Shown here in pieces: positions 41,687-52,123 of a DNA stretch of 64,000 nt. Positions within the stretch are counted from its first letter, which is position 1; the number at the start of each line of letters is the position of its first letter. Location of the stretch: contig JABHGC010000225.1 in NCBI GenBank assembly GCA_018672285.1, positions 7,153 to 71,152 on the forward strand. Reading direction: 5' to 3'. The notes beneath the pieces are model-generated. The model ran no database searches, was not told the DNA's origin, and saw only the letters and a list, made by a program, of their open reading frames with translations. The position numbers and the translations under genes are program-made. The DNA comes from Methylococcales bacterium (GTDB lineage Bacteria > Pseudomonadota > Gammaproteobacteria > JABHGC01).

Positions 41687-41758
41687 GATATTTTCCTAGG
41701 GCGCAGTGTCAGTACAATATTCCCCCTAGTGTAGTGCCTTTACGAACCCCGAATCAAC

Positions 41759-42208
41759 CTATGCACTTTTTTGGTTTTTCTGAAAATCAATCACATCTTC
41801 CAGGGCTTGCAGAAGATCAACAGCCGACAAAATGCCCACGAGCTGCTGGGTTTTATCCAGCACGGGTAACGCCCCTTTTTTGTGCTCCTTCATTAGTTTC
41901 ACAGCCTTACCCAACGAATCATAGGTATGCAAAACCATCGGTCTTTTATCCATCACATCTTGACACAACAAATGATCATCTAAGTGATATATGTGTTCGA
42001 CATCATGCGCTTCATCTACCCAGTTTGGCCTTCTGATTTCACGATCACTGATCATTCCAACTAACTGTTGACTGTCATCTATAACGGGTAAGTGTCTAAT
42101 TTTATGCGCTTTCATAAAGAAAAAAGCTTCCCTTATCCCTTTCTCAGCATGAACTGACAATACTTTTTGCGTCATATACTCTGTGACTTTTGTAACCATA
42201 TTATTCAC
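41759..42208 (-). CDS. CBS-pair domain protein
   Basis: Two CBS-like repeats (...VMTQKVLSVH..., ...VGMISDREI..., ...LPVLDKTQQLVGILSAVDLL...). Confidence 0.65.
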   Translation of the reverse strand: MNNMVTKVTEYMTQKVLSVHAEKGIREAFFFMKAHKIRHLPVIDDSQQLVGMISDREIRRPNWVDEAHDVEHIYHLDDHLLCQDVMDKRPMVLHTYDSLGKAVKLMKEHKKGALPVLDKTQQLVGILSAVDLLQALEDVIDFQKNQKSA

Positions 42209-42309
42209 TTCCTCTTACAATGAAGATATTCTACCGGACTACCACAATCTACCGATAAAACCACCCGCTCAGTTATGACCTACGTCAAAAAGGTATTAAA
42301 TAACACGTT

Positions 42310-43473
42310 ATGGACAGTACACCTCACACACCACTCGGCAACCTTAGCCCTGCCAATTTTTTACAGCAATATTGGCAAAAAAAGCCCCTTGTTATCCGCC
42401 AAGGATTTCCCAACTTTACCTCTCCCATTAGCCCTGATGAGTTAGCAGGGCTTTCTTGTGAGGATGACGTTAACGCAAGGCTTGTGGTTGAACACAGTAA
42501 CCCGCCTTGGCATGTTCACTACGGCCCAATAGAAGAATCGCTATTCCCAACATTGCCAGAAACCCATTGGACCTTGCTCATTAATGACGTAGAAAAATGG
42601 CTACCAGAACTTTCGTGGATTGTTGATCAATTTCGATTTATTCCAGAATGGCTCATTGATGACCTGATGATTAGCTATGCACCTGAAGGTGGCTCAGTCG
42701 GCCCTCACCTAGACCGGTACGATGTCTTTATCTTACAAGCACAAGGTCACAGACGGTGGCAAATAAACACCCAGCCTGTCTCCCCTGAAAACCACATCGA
42801 CAACATCGACCTCTGCATTCAAAAGTCATTCACCGCTGAACAAGAATGGGTTCTGGCCCCTGGTGATATTATTTACATCCCTCCAGGGACAAGCCACCAT
42901 GGAGTTGCCCTAGATGACTGCATGAGCTTCTCTATTGGGTTTAGAGCACCTGCACACAGTGCATTACTCCATGATTTTTTGAACCATTTCAGTCGTCAAT
43001 TAAACCCTGAGGATGTATTCCGTCTACCAAATCTCACCAGCCAACCACACCCCTGTGAATTACCCGTAGAAGCCTTTGAGCAAGCACAAGACCTCATTAA
43101 CACCTTCTGCGCCACAGATAATCCAGAGTTTAAACAATGGTTCACGCAGTTTATGAGTGAAAATAACAGCCATATTCCCTGCGACGATGAACACAACACC
43201 ATTATGCAATTGCCAGACATCACAACAGACACTTTGCACCGCAACCCTGCTAGCCGGTTTGTCTTTAGCCGGGACGACAAAACCACTTGGCTCGCTGTAG
43301 ATGGCACTTGCTACCCATTAGAAACCCACTTAACCGAACAACTGTGTTTTGCTCGTGACATCAACCTTTCTAAGCTCACCTCACAAATTAGCGAAGAAGA
43401 TGCAGCAATACTTATTCTACTCCTTAATGCACAGCACCTTTTGCTTGGCAATTGCCCCGTCGCAGTCGAATAG
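42310..43473 (+). CDS. roxA: Cupin-4 / JmjC-type ribosomal protein uL16 arginine hydroxylase (RoxA/YcfD family)
   Basis: Strong collinear similarity to E. coli YcfD (QQYWQKKPLVIRQGFPNFTSPISPDELAGL...HLDRYDVFILQAQGHRRWQI...GDIIYIPPGTSHHGVAL). Confidence 0.8.
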   Translation: MDSTPHTPLGNLSPANFLQQYWQKKPLVIRQGFPNFTSPISPDELAGLSCEDDVNARLVVEHSNPPWHVHYGPIEESLFPTLPETHWTLLINDVEKWLPELSWIVDQFRFIPEWLIDDLMISYAPEGGSVGPHLDRYDVFILQAQGHRRWQINTQPVSPENHIDNIDLCIQKSFTAEQEWVLAPGDIIYIPPGTSHHGVALDDCMSFSIGFRAPAHSALLHDFLNHFSRQLNPEDVFRLPNLTSQPHPCELPVEAFEQAQDLINTFCATDNPEFKQWFTQFMSENNSHIPCDDEHNTIMQLPDITTDTLHRNPASRFVFSRDDKTTWLAVDGTCYPLETHLTEQLCFARDINLSKLTSQISEEDAAILILLLNAQHLLLGNCPVAVE

Positions 43474-43511
43474 ACTGAAGAAACTTCCCCTTATTTTTTA
43501 GGAAACAACAC

Positions 43512-44357
43512 ATGAAAATATCCATCATCGGAACAGGTCACATGGGGCTCGCTATGTTATCTAGGCTCAATACGGCACCCTTTGAATGTATGGCTTATAA
43601 TCGCAGCCCTGAAAGACTAAACGACCTACCTGATGGTGTAGTATCGACGGGTGACATTACTGAAGCCATTTCATTTGCCGAGGTTGCTATCTTCATAGTC
43701 TCTGACGCAGATGCCATACTCTCACTCCTTGATGGCCAAAATTTAACCAACAAAATTATTCTACAAATGGGCACCATTGCGCCAGATCAAAGCCTGCAAT
43801 GCGCGGATACGGTCACCAATATGGGCGGCCAATACCTAGAAGCCCCTGTACTTGGAAGTATTCCAGAATCTGCTGCCGGCACATTGCTGATTATGACCGG
43901 CGGTGACAATGCGACCTTTGAGCGCTGCCAACCCATTTTACAAAGACTCGGCAAATCCGTGCGGCATATTGGCAGCGTAGGGCAAGCGGCAGCCATCAAG
44001 TTGGCTTTAAACCAGCTAATCGCCTCGCTAACCAGCGCATTTTCGCTAACAGTCGGCTTTCTACAAAACAACCAGTTAGAGATAGACCCTTTCATGGAAA
44101 TTTTACGAGAAAGTGCGCTCTACGCCCCTACTTTCGATAAAAAATTACAAAAAATGCTAGATCGTGACTTTGAAAGCGCTAATTTTCCAATGCAACATTT
44201 ACTCAAAGATGTCGGTTTGTTTTTACAATCACCTGCAACAAAACCATTAGATAGCCGCTTTCTAGAGTCCATTCAGCAAACATTAATCGACGCAACACCA
44301 GAATACTCACAGCATGATTACTCAGCACTCTACAATCAAGTCAACCCAAAAGTTTGA
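43512..44357 (+). CDS. NAD(P)-binding oxidoreductase, 6-phosphogluconate/3-hydroxyisobutyrate dehydrogenase-like
   Basis: N-terminal MKISIIGTGHMGLAM Rossmann motif; 281 aa. Confidence 0.6.
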   Translation: MKISIIGTGHMGLAMLSRLNTAPFECMAYNRSPERLNDLPDGVVSTGDITEAISFAEVAIFIVSDADAILSLLDGQNLTNKIILQMGTIAPDQSLQCADTVTNMGGQYLEAPVLGSIPESAAGTLLIMTGGDNATFERCQPILQRLGKSVRHIGSVGQAAAIKLALNQLIASLTSAFSLTVGFLQNNQLEIDPFMEILRESALYAPTFDKKLQKMLDRDFESANFPMQHLLKDVGLFLQSPATKPLDSRFLESIQQTLIDATPEYSQHDYSALYNQVNPKV

Positions 44358-44463
44358 GAGCATGCCATACTAGGGTTATTCTTAATTATATTGGACAACA
44401 GCTTGCATCTATAATTAAGAATATTACAATGCGAACATAAAAATTACCCACTCGGAGTCATCA

Positions 44464-45873
44464 ATGTCCCGTATTTTAGCCAGCTTGATTCTTTGCTTAG
44501 GCATAGCACTTTCACCTGCCCATGCAAAAATCTCACTAGAAGATCAATTTTTTAACAGTACTGAGATTGAACAATACATTGAAGATTTTCCTGTACTCGC
44601 AGATTATGGGTTTAAGAAACAAGTGCGTGGCGCTGCTTTCTCTAAGCTGTTTCCCGCCAATAAAATGAGTAAACTCAAGCGTTTATTTAGATTCCCACAC
44701 GTAGATCAATACAAAGATTTAGCACAAGACAAGCTCACCTCAATGTTTACCGCCGAAGAAATCAAACAAATTGTGTCATGGAAACACTCAGGATTTGGCA
44801 AGCGCTTACAAAGATTGATTAAGTTTTCTCATACGGTTGATGGTATGGATCAAATGAAAACCTTTTTCACTAAGCAACAACCAACCAAAAAGCAACGATT
44901 AAAAGACATAAAACAACTCGCTAAAGATTTACGCGAAGTTGAGCTGTTAATTAATATTTCGGCACAAACCCAAACCACCATTCAAGTTGCTCTAGAAACA
45001 GTCACCAAAGAAAACCCCAGAGAATTCAAAGACATATTTACTATTCTGAGAAAAGTGGCACTTAAAAATCAAAAAAATGCCAAGAAATTTGTTCATGCTG
45101 ACTTGGTATACACCTACCGAACACTGTTAGATCGAGACATGAGAAAATATTTAGAGTTTTCAGGCTCAGCGCTTGGCAAAAAATATTACAAGTCACGACA
45201 ACGGGTCATCACCTGGATCATTTCTAAAATGAGCCATGACCTTTCAGTCTCAATTACCAAGTTAGTCGTTAGAAAAAAGGCGGGAGTGACCACTGAAAGC
45301 AACCCACAAGAAGACTATCAAGAGGACTTTCTCCGTGCTCAAGCACTCTTCAAAAAAGGCCAATATGCAACGGCTGTTCCTATCTTCGAAAGAATAGGCA
45401 AGCAAGGCCATATTCAAGCACAGTATTATCTAGGAAGAAGTTACAACGAAGGCCGACACGTCAATCTTAATGAAATGGTGGCTTATGCATGGTTCAACCT
45501 CGCAGGAGGACAAGGCCATAAACAAGCACGTAAAATCGCCAACAAAATGTTTGGCAACTTCTCGATGGTGACCATTTCTAAAGCCGGTAGAATGTCTCGA
45601 CAATACAAGAATAACTATCATGCAGATGCCGAGAAACGCCGTAAAAAATTAGAAGCTGAACAGAATGAAAAAGCACAATTTGAGGCAGATTTAGCGGCAA
45701 ACAAAGCCTTCTTACAAAAGAAAAAGGCGCTGAACAGTGCCTCTTCAGAAGAGAAAAAGAAACGCCGGCGATTGGCTAAACGTTCTGCCAAACATCGACA
45801 TTTATTACTTGAGCGCTACCCTCTTCCTGAACTGATGGGCAAAGCACCCACCATCATTACAGAGGCGGACTAA
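44464..45873 (+). CDS. Secreted protein with Sel1-like repeats and a Lys/Arg-rich C-terminal tail
   Basis: Signal peptide MSRILASLILCLGIALSPAHA. Sel1-like units (...GHIQAQYYLGRSYNEGRHVNLNEMVAYAWFNLAGGQGHKQA...). Tail KKKRRRLAKRSAKHRH. Confidence 0.6.
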   Translation: MSRILASLILCLGIALSPAHAKISLEDQFFNSTEIEQYIEDFPVLADYGFKKQVRGAAFSKLFPANKMSKLKRLFRFPHVDQYKDLAQDKLTSMFTAEEIKQIVSWKHSGFGKRLQRLIKFSHTVDGMDQMKTFFTKQQPTKKQRLKDIKQLAKDLREVELLINISAQTQTTIQVALETVTKENPREFKDIFTILRKVALKNQKNAKKFVHADLVYTYRTLLDRDMRKYLEFSGSALGKKYYKSRQRVITWIISKMSHDLSVSITKLVVRKKAGVTTESNPQEDYQEDFLRAQALFKKGQYATAVPIFERIGKQGHIQAQYYLGRSYNEGRHVNLNEMVAYAWFNLAGGQGHKQARKIANKMFGNFSMVTISKAGRMSRQYKNNYHADAEKRRKKLEAEQNEKAQFEADLAANKAFLQKKKALNSASSEEKKKRRRLAKRSAKHRHLLLERYPLPELMGKAPTIITEAD

Positions 45874-46481
45874 CTCGGGTAGCGAGACTCTAGAGCCGAA
45901 TACACTTGCTGCTGAATATTTGGCAGTGAGAGATCCATCTCGGCCATGACTTCAACCAAATGCTCGTTGTCTTCTCGCCCTTGCCATTGCTTGATGTAAG
46001 AACCATCTTTGTAACCATGATCTTGACGGAAAAAATTCAACACGTTTTTTCCAACATATTGACGATACAAGTCGTCAAATGTCATCTCTGAGTCCACTAA
46101 CATTACGGCGAAAGCATCAATATCAAACGTTTTCTCAGCCACCGCTTTGGCCGCAAGAGATTCAATAGCAACCCTTAAGTCACCTGATGCTTTGCTGGCT
46201 GCAAACGCATTCACTGATGTTGTTGCTATATCCTCAATTGGTATTTTTGTCTGCAATAAATGGCTCATACCAAAATGCCAAATATCCACCACTTCTAACT
46301 GCACTTGGGGCATATCAGGGTTAAATTTTTTCCACCACTTCCAACCGTAGTGCTCTAACATTTCTGCACTTTCCGTCCAGATTGCTCGCGTCCAATCAAA
46401 ACCTTGATTCATCCAGTCTGCATGCACTTTACTGTTCATATCATTCTGCAAGCTGAGCATGGTTAGCATTTGTTCCTTCAT
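45870..46481 (-). CDS. Hypothetical protein, possibly dimeric dUTPase / all-alpha NTP-pyrophosphohydrolase-like
   Basis: 203 aa. Acidic EsAEmlE and DIWHF motifs are reminiscent of the dUTPase_2/MazG-like fold. Tentative only. Confidence 0.35.
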   Translation of the reverse strand: MKEQMLTMLSLQNDMNSKVHADWMNQGFDWTRAIWTESAEMLEHYGWKWWKKFNPDMPQVQLEVVDIWHFGMSHLLQTKIPIEDIATTSVNAFAASKASGDLRVAIESLAAKAVAEKTFDIDAFAVMLVDSEMTFDDLYRQYVGKNVLNFFRQDHGYKDGSYIKQWQGREDNEHLVEVMAEMDLSLPNIQQQVYSALESRYPS

Positions 46482-46541
46482 TGCTTAATCTCTCCCTTTA
46501 AATTGGATGCACAATATCACGTAATTGAGTGCAGGTTGCAA

Positions 46542-46817
46542 TCAATCTTGAACCCCATGAAGCGTAAGACCATGTTCATCACGCTTTGGATAGCACGGCT
46601 TAAATAGATGCTGTGCTTTTTCTTTACATGATCTGTGGCCTTGAGAAAAGCACAGCATCAAGTACCGACCTCTCAAAACTAGGCAAGCACTCTCGGTATC
46701 TACACCATATCGGTCTATTGGCGCATCAGGGTCCGTCATTGATTGTATCTGGCCAAAAGCATGAGAACTGAAAGCTAGCCCTAAAATCCCAACGCCAAAA
46801 GCCCATCTTAGCATCAC
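46542..46817 (-). CDS. Small secreted hypothetical protein
   Basis: Signal-peptide-like N-terminus MMLRWAFGVGILGLAFSSHAFG. Overlaps the start of the upstream Sel1 gene by 4 nt. Confidence 0.4.
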   Translation of the reverse strand: MMLRWAFGVGILGLAFSSHAFGQIQSMTDPDAPIDRYGVDTESACLVLRGRYLMLCFSQGHRSCKEKAQHLFKPCYPKRDEHGLTLHGVQD

Positions 46818-47692
46818 AAAATATCACTCATGTTACGCCTGGCTCTACGAATGGTCTGCTGAGTAAATCCACGCACTTTATCGGATAACATGCCTTGTGC
46901 TAACGCTTTCTTACTCCAGAAAATCGCTTGCTGATAATTTTTGGCAACCCCATCTCCATCTAGGTACATTCGGCCAAGCATTAACTGAGATTTACCGTGG
47001 CCTAATTTCGCCAGCTTTCGCCAATGCACAACCGCTTTTGCCGGCTGACCAAAGGTATGTAATTTAACGGCTTGTTCATACAAAATACGGGTACTGTGTA
47101 TTTTCGCCAAAGGCAACCAACCTACATCAGGGCTTCCTTTAAGGCTGACCCGAACCCAACGGCCTTTTTTACGAATTTCATAAGCATTTGTATTGGCAGC
47201 TAATCGCCGTAGAATTTTGCTCTTACTACTGGGGGATTGTCGTAAGGCCACTTTCTGAGTGGTATTCAATTGAAAATTGTTTAAATAGCTCAGTAAGATT
47301 TTTAAGTTGGCTGATGCCGGCTTGTAACCCAATTTTTTGGCTTTTTGATATTGATTAATCGCCCGGTGGAAGTACTTCTTTCGCGCCCAAATCCCACCAA
47401 TATTCATCATCGCATCAGCCAACAACTGTTTGGCCGCTAACCGATACCAGTACAACGCTTTCTCATCACTTTGCGCTAAACCCTTGCCCTCATCATACAG
47501 CAGCCCCAAGTAAAACTGTGACTTAGCATGGCCTTTCTTACCCAATTTTTGCCATACTTCTGCAGACTTTGCGTATTGCCCTTCTGCTTTCCAATCCAGT
47601 GCTTGATAAAACTGCTCCATTTCAGAAACAGCCGATGCCACACCTGGCATAAACAAACAATTCAACACTAATAATACATGGCTTAATTTCAT
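46814..47692 (-). CDS. Secreted Sel1-repeat protein
   Basis: Signal peptide MKLSHVLLVLNCLFMPGVASA with several Sel1 units (AKSQFYLGLLYDEGKGLAQSDEKALYWYRLAA; HGKSQLMLGRMYLDGDGVAKNYQQAIFWSKKALAQG). Confidence 0.7.
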   Translation of the reverse strand: MKLSHVLLVLNCLFMPGVASAVSEMEQFYQALDWKAEGQYAKSAEVWQKLGKKGHAKSQFYLGLLYDEGKGLAQSDEKALYWYRLAAKQLLADAMMNIGGIWARKKYFHRAINQYQKAKKLGYKPASANLKILLSYLNNFQLNTTQKVALRQSPSSKSKILRRLAANTNAYEIRKKGRWVRVSLKGSPDVGWLPLAKIHSTRILYEQAVKLHTFGQPAKAVVHWRKLAKLGHGKSQLMLGRMYLDGDGVAKNYQQAIFWSKKALAQGMLSDKVRGFTQQTIRRARRNMSDIL

Positions 47693-47779
47693 TTTTATTG
47701 ACCCAATCCTATTCGAGCGTGACTGTACTATAATTTAGGTATTCATTAATTCTCTTTTGCCTACAGGCTTTGCATTAAT

Positions 47780-50700
47780 ATGCCCATCAAACAAAATGTT
47801 GGCTCCATTGACTCTATCATCCGTAAAGTGCTCGGTATTGGTGCCATATACTATGGTTTTATCTCTCCACAACTCGTTGGAGACCCTTTGTTTGCCAATT
47901 TATTGGGATTTCTTGGTGTCATCGTCATCATCAGCAGTTTATTTCGCTACTGCCCCTTATACGTGTTAGGAGAGTTTAAAAAAATATTCAACGCTAAAAG
48001 CAAAAAAACCGCCAAAGATCCTTCCCTCAGAACCACAAAAAAATATTTTTTTATTACCTTCTCTTTATTAACCGTCACCACCATCATCATTTTTGGCCTA
48101 GTGGCCTATCATAGCGCCGTTGAGATAAGCCAGGAAAGAGAAAATAGTTATACCAATACCCTCTTCAAAACCCATTCTGATTTTTTAGTCAGTAACGCCA
48201 ATGTTGACGATGTCCAATCATTACAAGATGTTGCTGCGAGTTTAAAAGGCTTTTTAGGACAGATTTTTGCCATCGAAAATGGCTATTTAATTCACCCTCT
48301 ATCCATTGGCAGCGGCATGATTATGTCCACTGCAGACATTCAGAGGCTCTCCATTCTCACCAGCAACGCAGGCACCCTCGATTTACCAGAACACCGCAGA
48401 CACTGGCAAAAAATTCCGCTACCCAATAGCCGTTATACCTTATTTGTCACTTACGACATGCCGCTGTATGAAACACAGTTGCTCGATGCATTTAACAGTA
48501 GATTGTTTGTTGCCAGTACCATTTTATTTTATTTTTACGTCTGGGGCACACTCATTGGAACCAGGTATATTTCCAAGAAATTTGACCTGATCAACTCAGC
48601 TCGCATGGAAAGTGAGGCACTGAACACGTTACTGCTTAACTCAACGGCAGAAGCGATTTATGGTGTCGATACCGATGGAAATTGCACTTTCTGTAACCCC
48701 GCGACGTTACAGCTGTTGGGTTATTCGGATGTAGACGACTTGTTAGGTAAAAATGTGCATAATTTAATGCACCATAGTCACCCAGATGGTTCAGAATATC
48801 CCATTGAAGACTGCCCAATGAACCGGGTTTTAAAACAAGGCCTCCCTGTACACGAAGATAATGAGGTTTTTTGGCGCGCCGACAACACCTGCTTCCCAGT
48901 TGAATACTGGGGCCACCCCATTGTACAAAATGACCAAGCACAAGGCATGGTCATGACCTTCTTAGACATTACCAAGCGTAAAGTCGCAGAAGCTGAAAGG
49001 CTAAAACTGTCCAGTGTTGTTGAGCAGTCTAAGGACCTCATTGTATTAACAGACAATCATGCCGTTATCAGCTATACCAATCCTGCATTTAGCGATATTA
49101 CCGGGTTTAGTTATGAAGATGCACTCGGTAAAGAAATTTCAATTCTCAACCAAGCACTGACTGAAAATGATGAACACGAACAAATTTTCGACACCCTAAA
49201 ACAAGGTGATATTTATCAAGACTCGTTTGTTAATTACCGAAAAAATGGTGATGCATATTATTTAGATTTATCTGTATATGGCCTTAAAAATCAACAAGGT
49301 GAGCTTGAATCTATTGTATATACTGGCCGTGATGTCACCGAGAAAATTGACACCGAAGAGACGATTCGCCAATCTGAGAGCGATAAAATAGAAGCTGAAG
49401 CTGCCAATCAATCGAAAAGCATCTTCTTAGCCAATATGAGCCATGAAATTCGCACACCAATGACTGCGATCATTGGCTTTGCCGAATCCTTGTTAGATGA
49501 TGATATTACCGAAATAGAACGAAGAGATGCCGTTAAAACGATTATTCGTGGTGGTCAACACTTAACCAGGATTATCAATGATATTTTAGATCTTTCTAAG
49601 ATAGAAGCTAACCGAGTTGATATTGAATCAATCCCGATAGACCTCTTAGAACTATTGGCTGAAATCAACAAGATTGCCAATATTCAAGTCAACAACAAGC
49701 ACATTGACTTTATTGATGAATACCAATTTCCACTACCAAGAATCATTCACTCAGACCCAACTCGGTTAAAACAAATTTTATTAAATTTAGTCACAAACGC
49801 GGTTAAATTTACCGATAGCGGTCATGTTGAGCTAACCCTGTCACATGACCCGCAAGAGCAATTAATTTTCTTTAAAATAAAAGATACCGGCATTGGGCTT
49901 AGCGACGAACAGCAACGTAAGTTATTCAACCCTTTCTCACAAGCAGAAAGCTCAACAACGAGACGTTACGGTGGCACCGGTTTAGGGCTGCATATTTCCA
50001 AACAACTCTCCGAACGAATGGGCGGCTCAATCACCGTTGAAAGCCAATTAAATGTTGGCAGTACATTTACCTTAAGCATTGCCAGTGGTTTGAAGAGCAC
50101 TCTTGCAGAAGACGAATTAATTACGACCCGCGAACAAGTCATTAAGACGGCGCATGAACATGACCACGTTTATGAGGATGCAACCCACGGTGCCAAGATA
50201 TTAATTTCAGAAGACAGTAAAGTCTCTCAAGCATTATTAAAACGGCTTTTCAAAGACAGCAATATTGAAATTGAAATCGTCGACAATGGAGAGCGAGCGT
50301 TAGAGCGCGCATTCGAGACAGAGTTTGACTTAGTCTTAACAGACATTCATATGCCGATCATGGATGGCTTAGAAGCCACTCAAAAAATGCGCGACAGAGG
50401 GTTTAAAAAACCCATTATTGCCATCACTGCCAACGTCATGAAAAATGACATCACCAATTATTACAGTGCAGGCTGTGATGCCGTTATTTCCAAACCCATC
50501 GAGAAAGACAATTTCTTTACGGTTATCAATAAATATTTAACTGACAAACAATATAAACCGAAGGCTACCACCACGGAGATTCCACAGCTGAGCGGCGAAA
50601 TATTAGTGGCAGAGGACAACCCAGATAATCAACGCCTCATTACGATGGTCATCAATAAAACAGGGGCAAACTTAAGTATCGCTGAGGATGGCTTATCAGC

Positions 50701-51295
50701 CATCGAACATACCTTAAGCAAGGATTACCACATCATTTTAATGGACATCAACATGCCATTAATGAATGGGCTTGAGGCGACTAAGAAGCTACGCAAAGCC
50801 GGTTATACCCTACCCATCTACGCTCTCACAGCTGATACAGATAAAGACAAGGTCACCGCGTTTGAAGAGGCAGGTTATGATGGTTATTTATCCAAGCCTT
50901 TAGACAACAGACAACTCTACAGCGTTCTAGAAAAATATTTACCCTGCAACAGTAAACCTGAAAAATTACCGACATATACCGAAGGGAAATCGGCAGAAAT
51001 GGCTTACGAGGAAGTCGATGAGGAAATTTTGTCGTTGATGATCTTGTTTGCGGAAAGATTACCCCCAATGATTGAACAAATTGACACTGCCATTAAAGAG
51101 CAAGACTGGGAAACAGCAGGCGCCGTCATTCACAATATTAAAGGGACTGCAGGTAGCTTTGGACACCCTAAATTAACACTGTTAGCTGGCGTGCTATCCA
51201 ACATCATCAAGAATGCCGATTATGATGATGCCCCTATTGCTTTTGCCGATGTCGTTGAATACGCCAAAAACCACGTTACGACGACCCCAAGTTAA
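47780..51295 (+). CDS. Hybrid sensor histidine kinase: DUF2892-like membrane N-terminus, PAS domains, HisKA, HATPase_c, two receiver domains and an Hpt domain
   Basis: N-terminus ...LFRYCPLYVLGEF (YgaP/DUF2892-like). H-box ANMSHEIRTPMTAIIGF. Receiver 1 ...DLVLTDIHMPIMDGLEA and receiver 2 ...HIILMDINMPLMNGLEA. Hpt HNIKGTAGSFG. Confidence 0.8.
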   Translation: MPIKQNVGSIDSIIRKVLGIGAIYYGFISPQLVGDPLFANLLGFLGVIVIISSLFRYCPLYVLGEFKKIFNAKSKKTAKDPSLRTTKKYFFITFSLLTVTTIIIFGLVAYHSAVEISQERENSYTNTLFKTHSDFLVSNANVDDVQSLQDVAASLKGFLGQIFAIENGYLIHPLSIGSGMIMSTADIQRLSILTSNAGTLDLPEHRRHWQKIPLPNSRYTLFVTYDMPLYETQLLDAFNSRLFVASTILFYFYVWGTLIGTRYISKKFDLINSARMESEALNTLLLNSTAEAIYGVDTDGNCTFCNPATLQLLGYSDVDDLLGKNVHNLMHHSHPDGSEYPIEDCPMNRVLKQGLPVHEDNEVFWRADNTCFPVEYWGHPIVQNDQAQGMVMTFLDITKRKVAEAERLKLSSVVEQSKDLIVLTDNHAVISYTNPAFSDITGFSYEDALGKEISILNQALTENDEHEQIFDTLKQGDIYQDSFVNYRKNGDAYYLDLSVYGLKNQQGELESIVYTGRDVTEKIDTEETIRQSESDKIEAEAANQSKSIFLANMSHEIRTPMTAIIGFAESLLDDDITEIERRDAVKTIIRGGQHLTRIINDILDLSKIEANRVDIESIPIDLLELLAEINKIANIQVNNKHIDFIDEYQFPLPRIIHSDPTRLKQILLNLVTNAVKFTDSGHVELTLSHDPQEQLIFFKIKDTGIGLSDEQQRKLFNPFSQAESSTTRRYGGTGLGLHISKQLSERMGGSITVESQLNVGSTFTLSIASGLKSTLAEDELITTREQVIKTAHEHDHVYEDATHGAKILISEDSKVSQALLKRLFKDSNIEIEIVDNGERALERAFETEFDLVLTDIHMPIMDGLEATQKMRDRGFKKPIIAITANVMKNDITNYYSAGCDAVISKPIEKDNFFTVINKYLTDKQYKPKATTTEIPQLSGEILVAEDNPDNQRLITMVINKTGANLSIAEDGLSAIEHTLSKDYHIILMDINMPLMNGLEATKKLRKAGYTLPIYALTADTDKDKVTAFEEAGYDGYLSKPLDNRQLYSVLEKYLPCNSKPEKLPTYTEGKSAEMAYEEVDEEILSLMILFAERLPPMIEQIDTAIKEQDWETAGAVIHNIKGTAGSFGHPKLTLLAGVLSNIIKNADYDDAPIAFADVVEYAKNHVTTTPS

Positions 51296-51921
51296 CCAAC
51301 CACATCAAGATGCCGGCGTTTAAATTGAACGCCAAGATTCTGCGCTATGGATTCACAGGCATCAATATCTACGCCCTCTAAACCATCAATTGCGGTTGCG
51401 GTTACATCATCGATATACTCTGGTGCAAGCTTTAAAAATTCGAGCATATCTTGAAAAGACCCCTCTAAACTTGGCAGGCAATGCTGCTGATAAACTTGTT
51501 CATTATGGGCATTCATTGAGACGGATACCGCATCAACCACCTTAGCGAGCTCTGGTAAAATATTGTGTTTGTTCACTCTATTCCCTAGCCCATCCGTATT
51601 CAAACGAACCTTAACCCCTTTAGACTTCACCTCAGCTGCCACGGCCAGCAATACTTTAAGACGGAGTGTTGACTCACCGAAACCACAAAAAACGACTTCA
51701 GAAAATCGGGTAACATCCCCTATTTCGCTCATAATTTCCTGAATTTTGGGCCTATGATCCAGCTCTAAATTGTATTCATGCACGTCCCAGGAGCCGTTGT
51801 GTTTTGGACAAAACTGGCATGACAAAGTACAACGATCAGTAATGTTAAGATAACAACGGTCTTCTATTTGATATGCAATGGTTTGCGACATACTATTCCT
51901 TTTAGCACATGCCACCCTCAT
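51292..51921 (-). CDS. Small radical-SAM protein (CxxxCxxC)
   Basis: NITDRCTLSCQFCPKH (Cx3Cx2C) and a FCGFGESTL glycine-rich motif; 209 aa. Its 3' end overlaps the kinase gene's 3' end by 4 nt, in convergent orientation. Confidence 0.6.
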   Translation of the reverse strand: MRVACAKRNSMSQTIAYQIEDRCYLNITDRCTLSCQFCPKHNGSWDVHEYNLELDHRPKIQEIMSEIGDVTRFSEVVFCGFGESTLRLKVLLAVAAEVKSKGVKVRLNTDGLGNRVNKHNILPELAKVVDAVSVSMNAHNEQVYQQHCLPSLEGSFQDMLEFLKLAPEYIDDVTATAIDGLEGVDIDACESIAQNLGVQFKRRHLDVVG

Positions 51922-52123
51922 TTAAACCCCAGCACAATGACCATGACTTAATGTCAGCAATATAAATGGGTGTACAAATATTTTATGAGTGATGTTAAAA
52001 ACAATTTAGACTTTTGTAACGCAGAAACATTATCCAATGCACTGATACTCATTAACATGACCAAGGTCATAAGACAGAAGGGTTAAGTGGGTTTTACGGT
52101 GCTTCAGTCTCAATAACGAGCAA

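Noticed and set aside
47757-47969. 70-aa plus-strand ORF overlapping the start of the hybrid kinase gene
   Set aside because: An out-of-frame overlap with the kinase gene; its DUF2892-like N-terminus is in the other frame.
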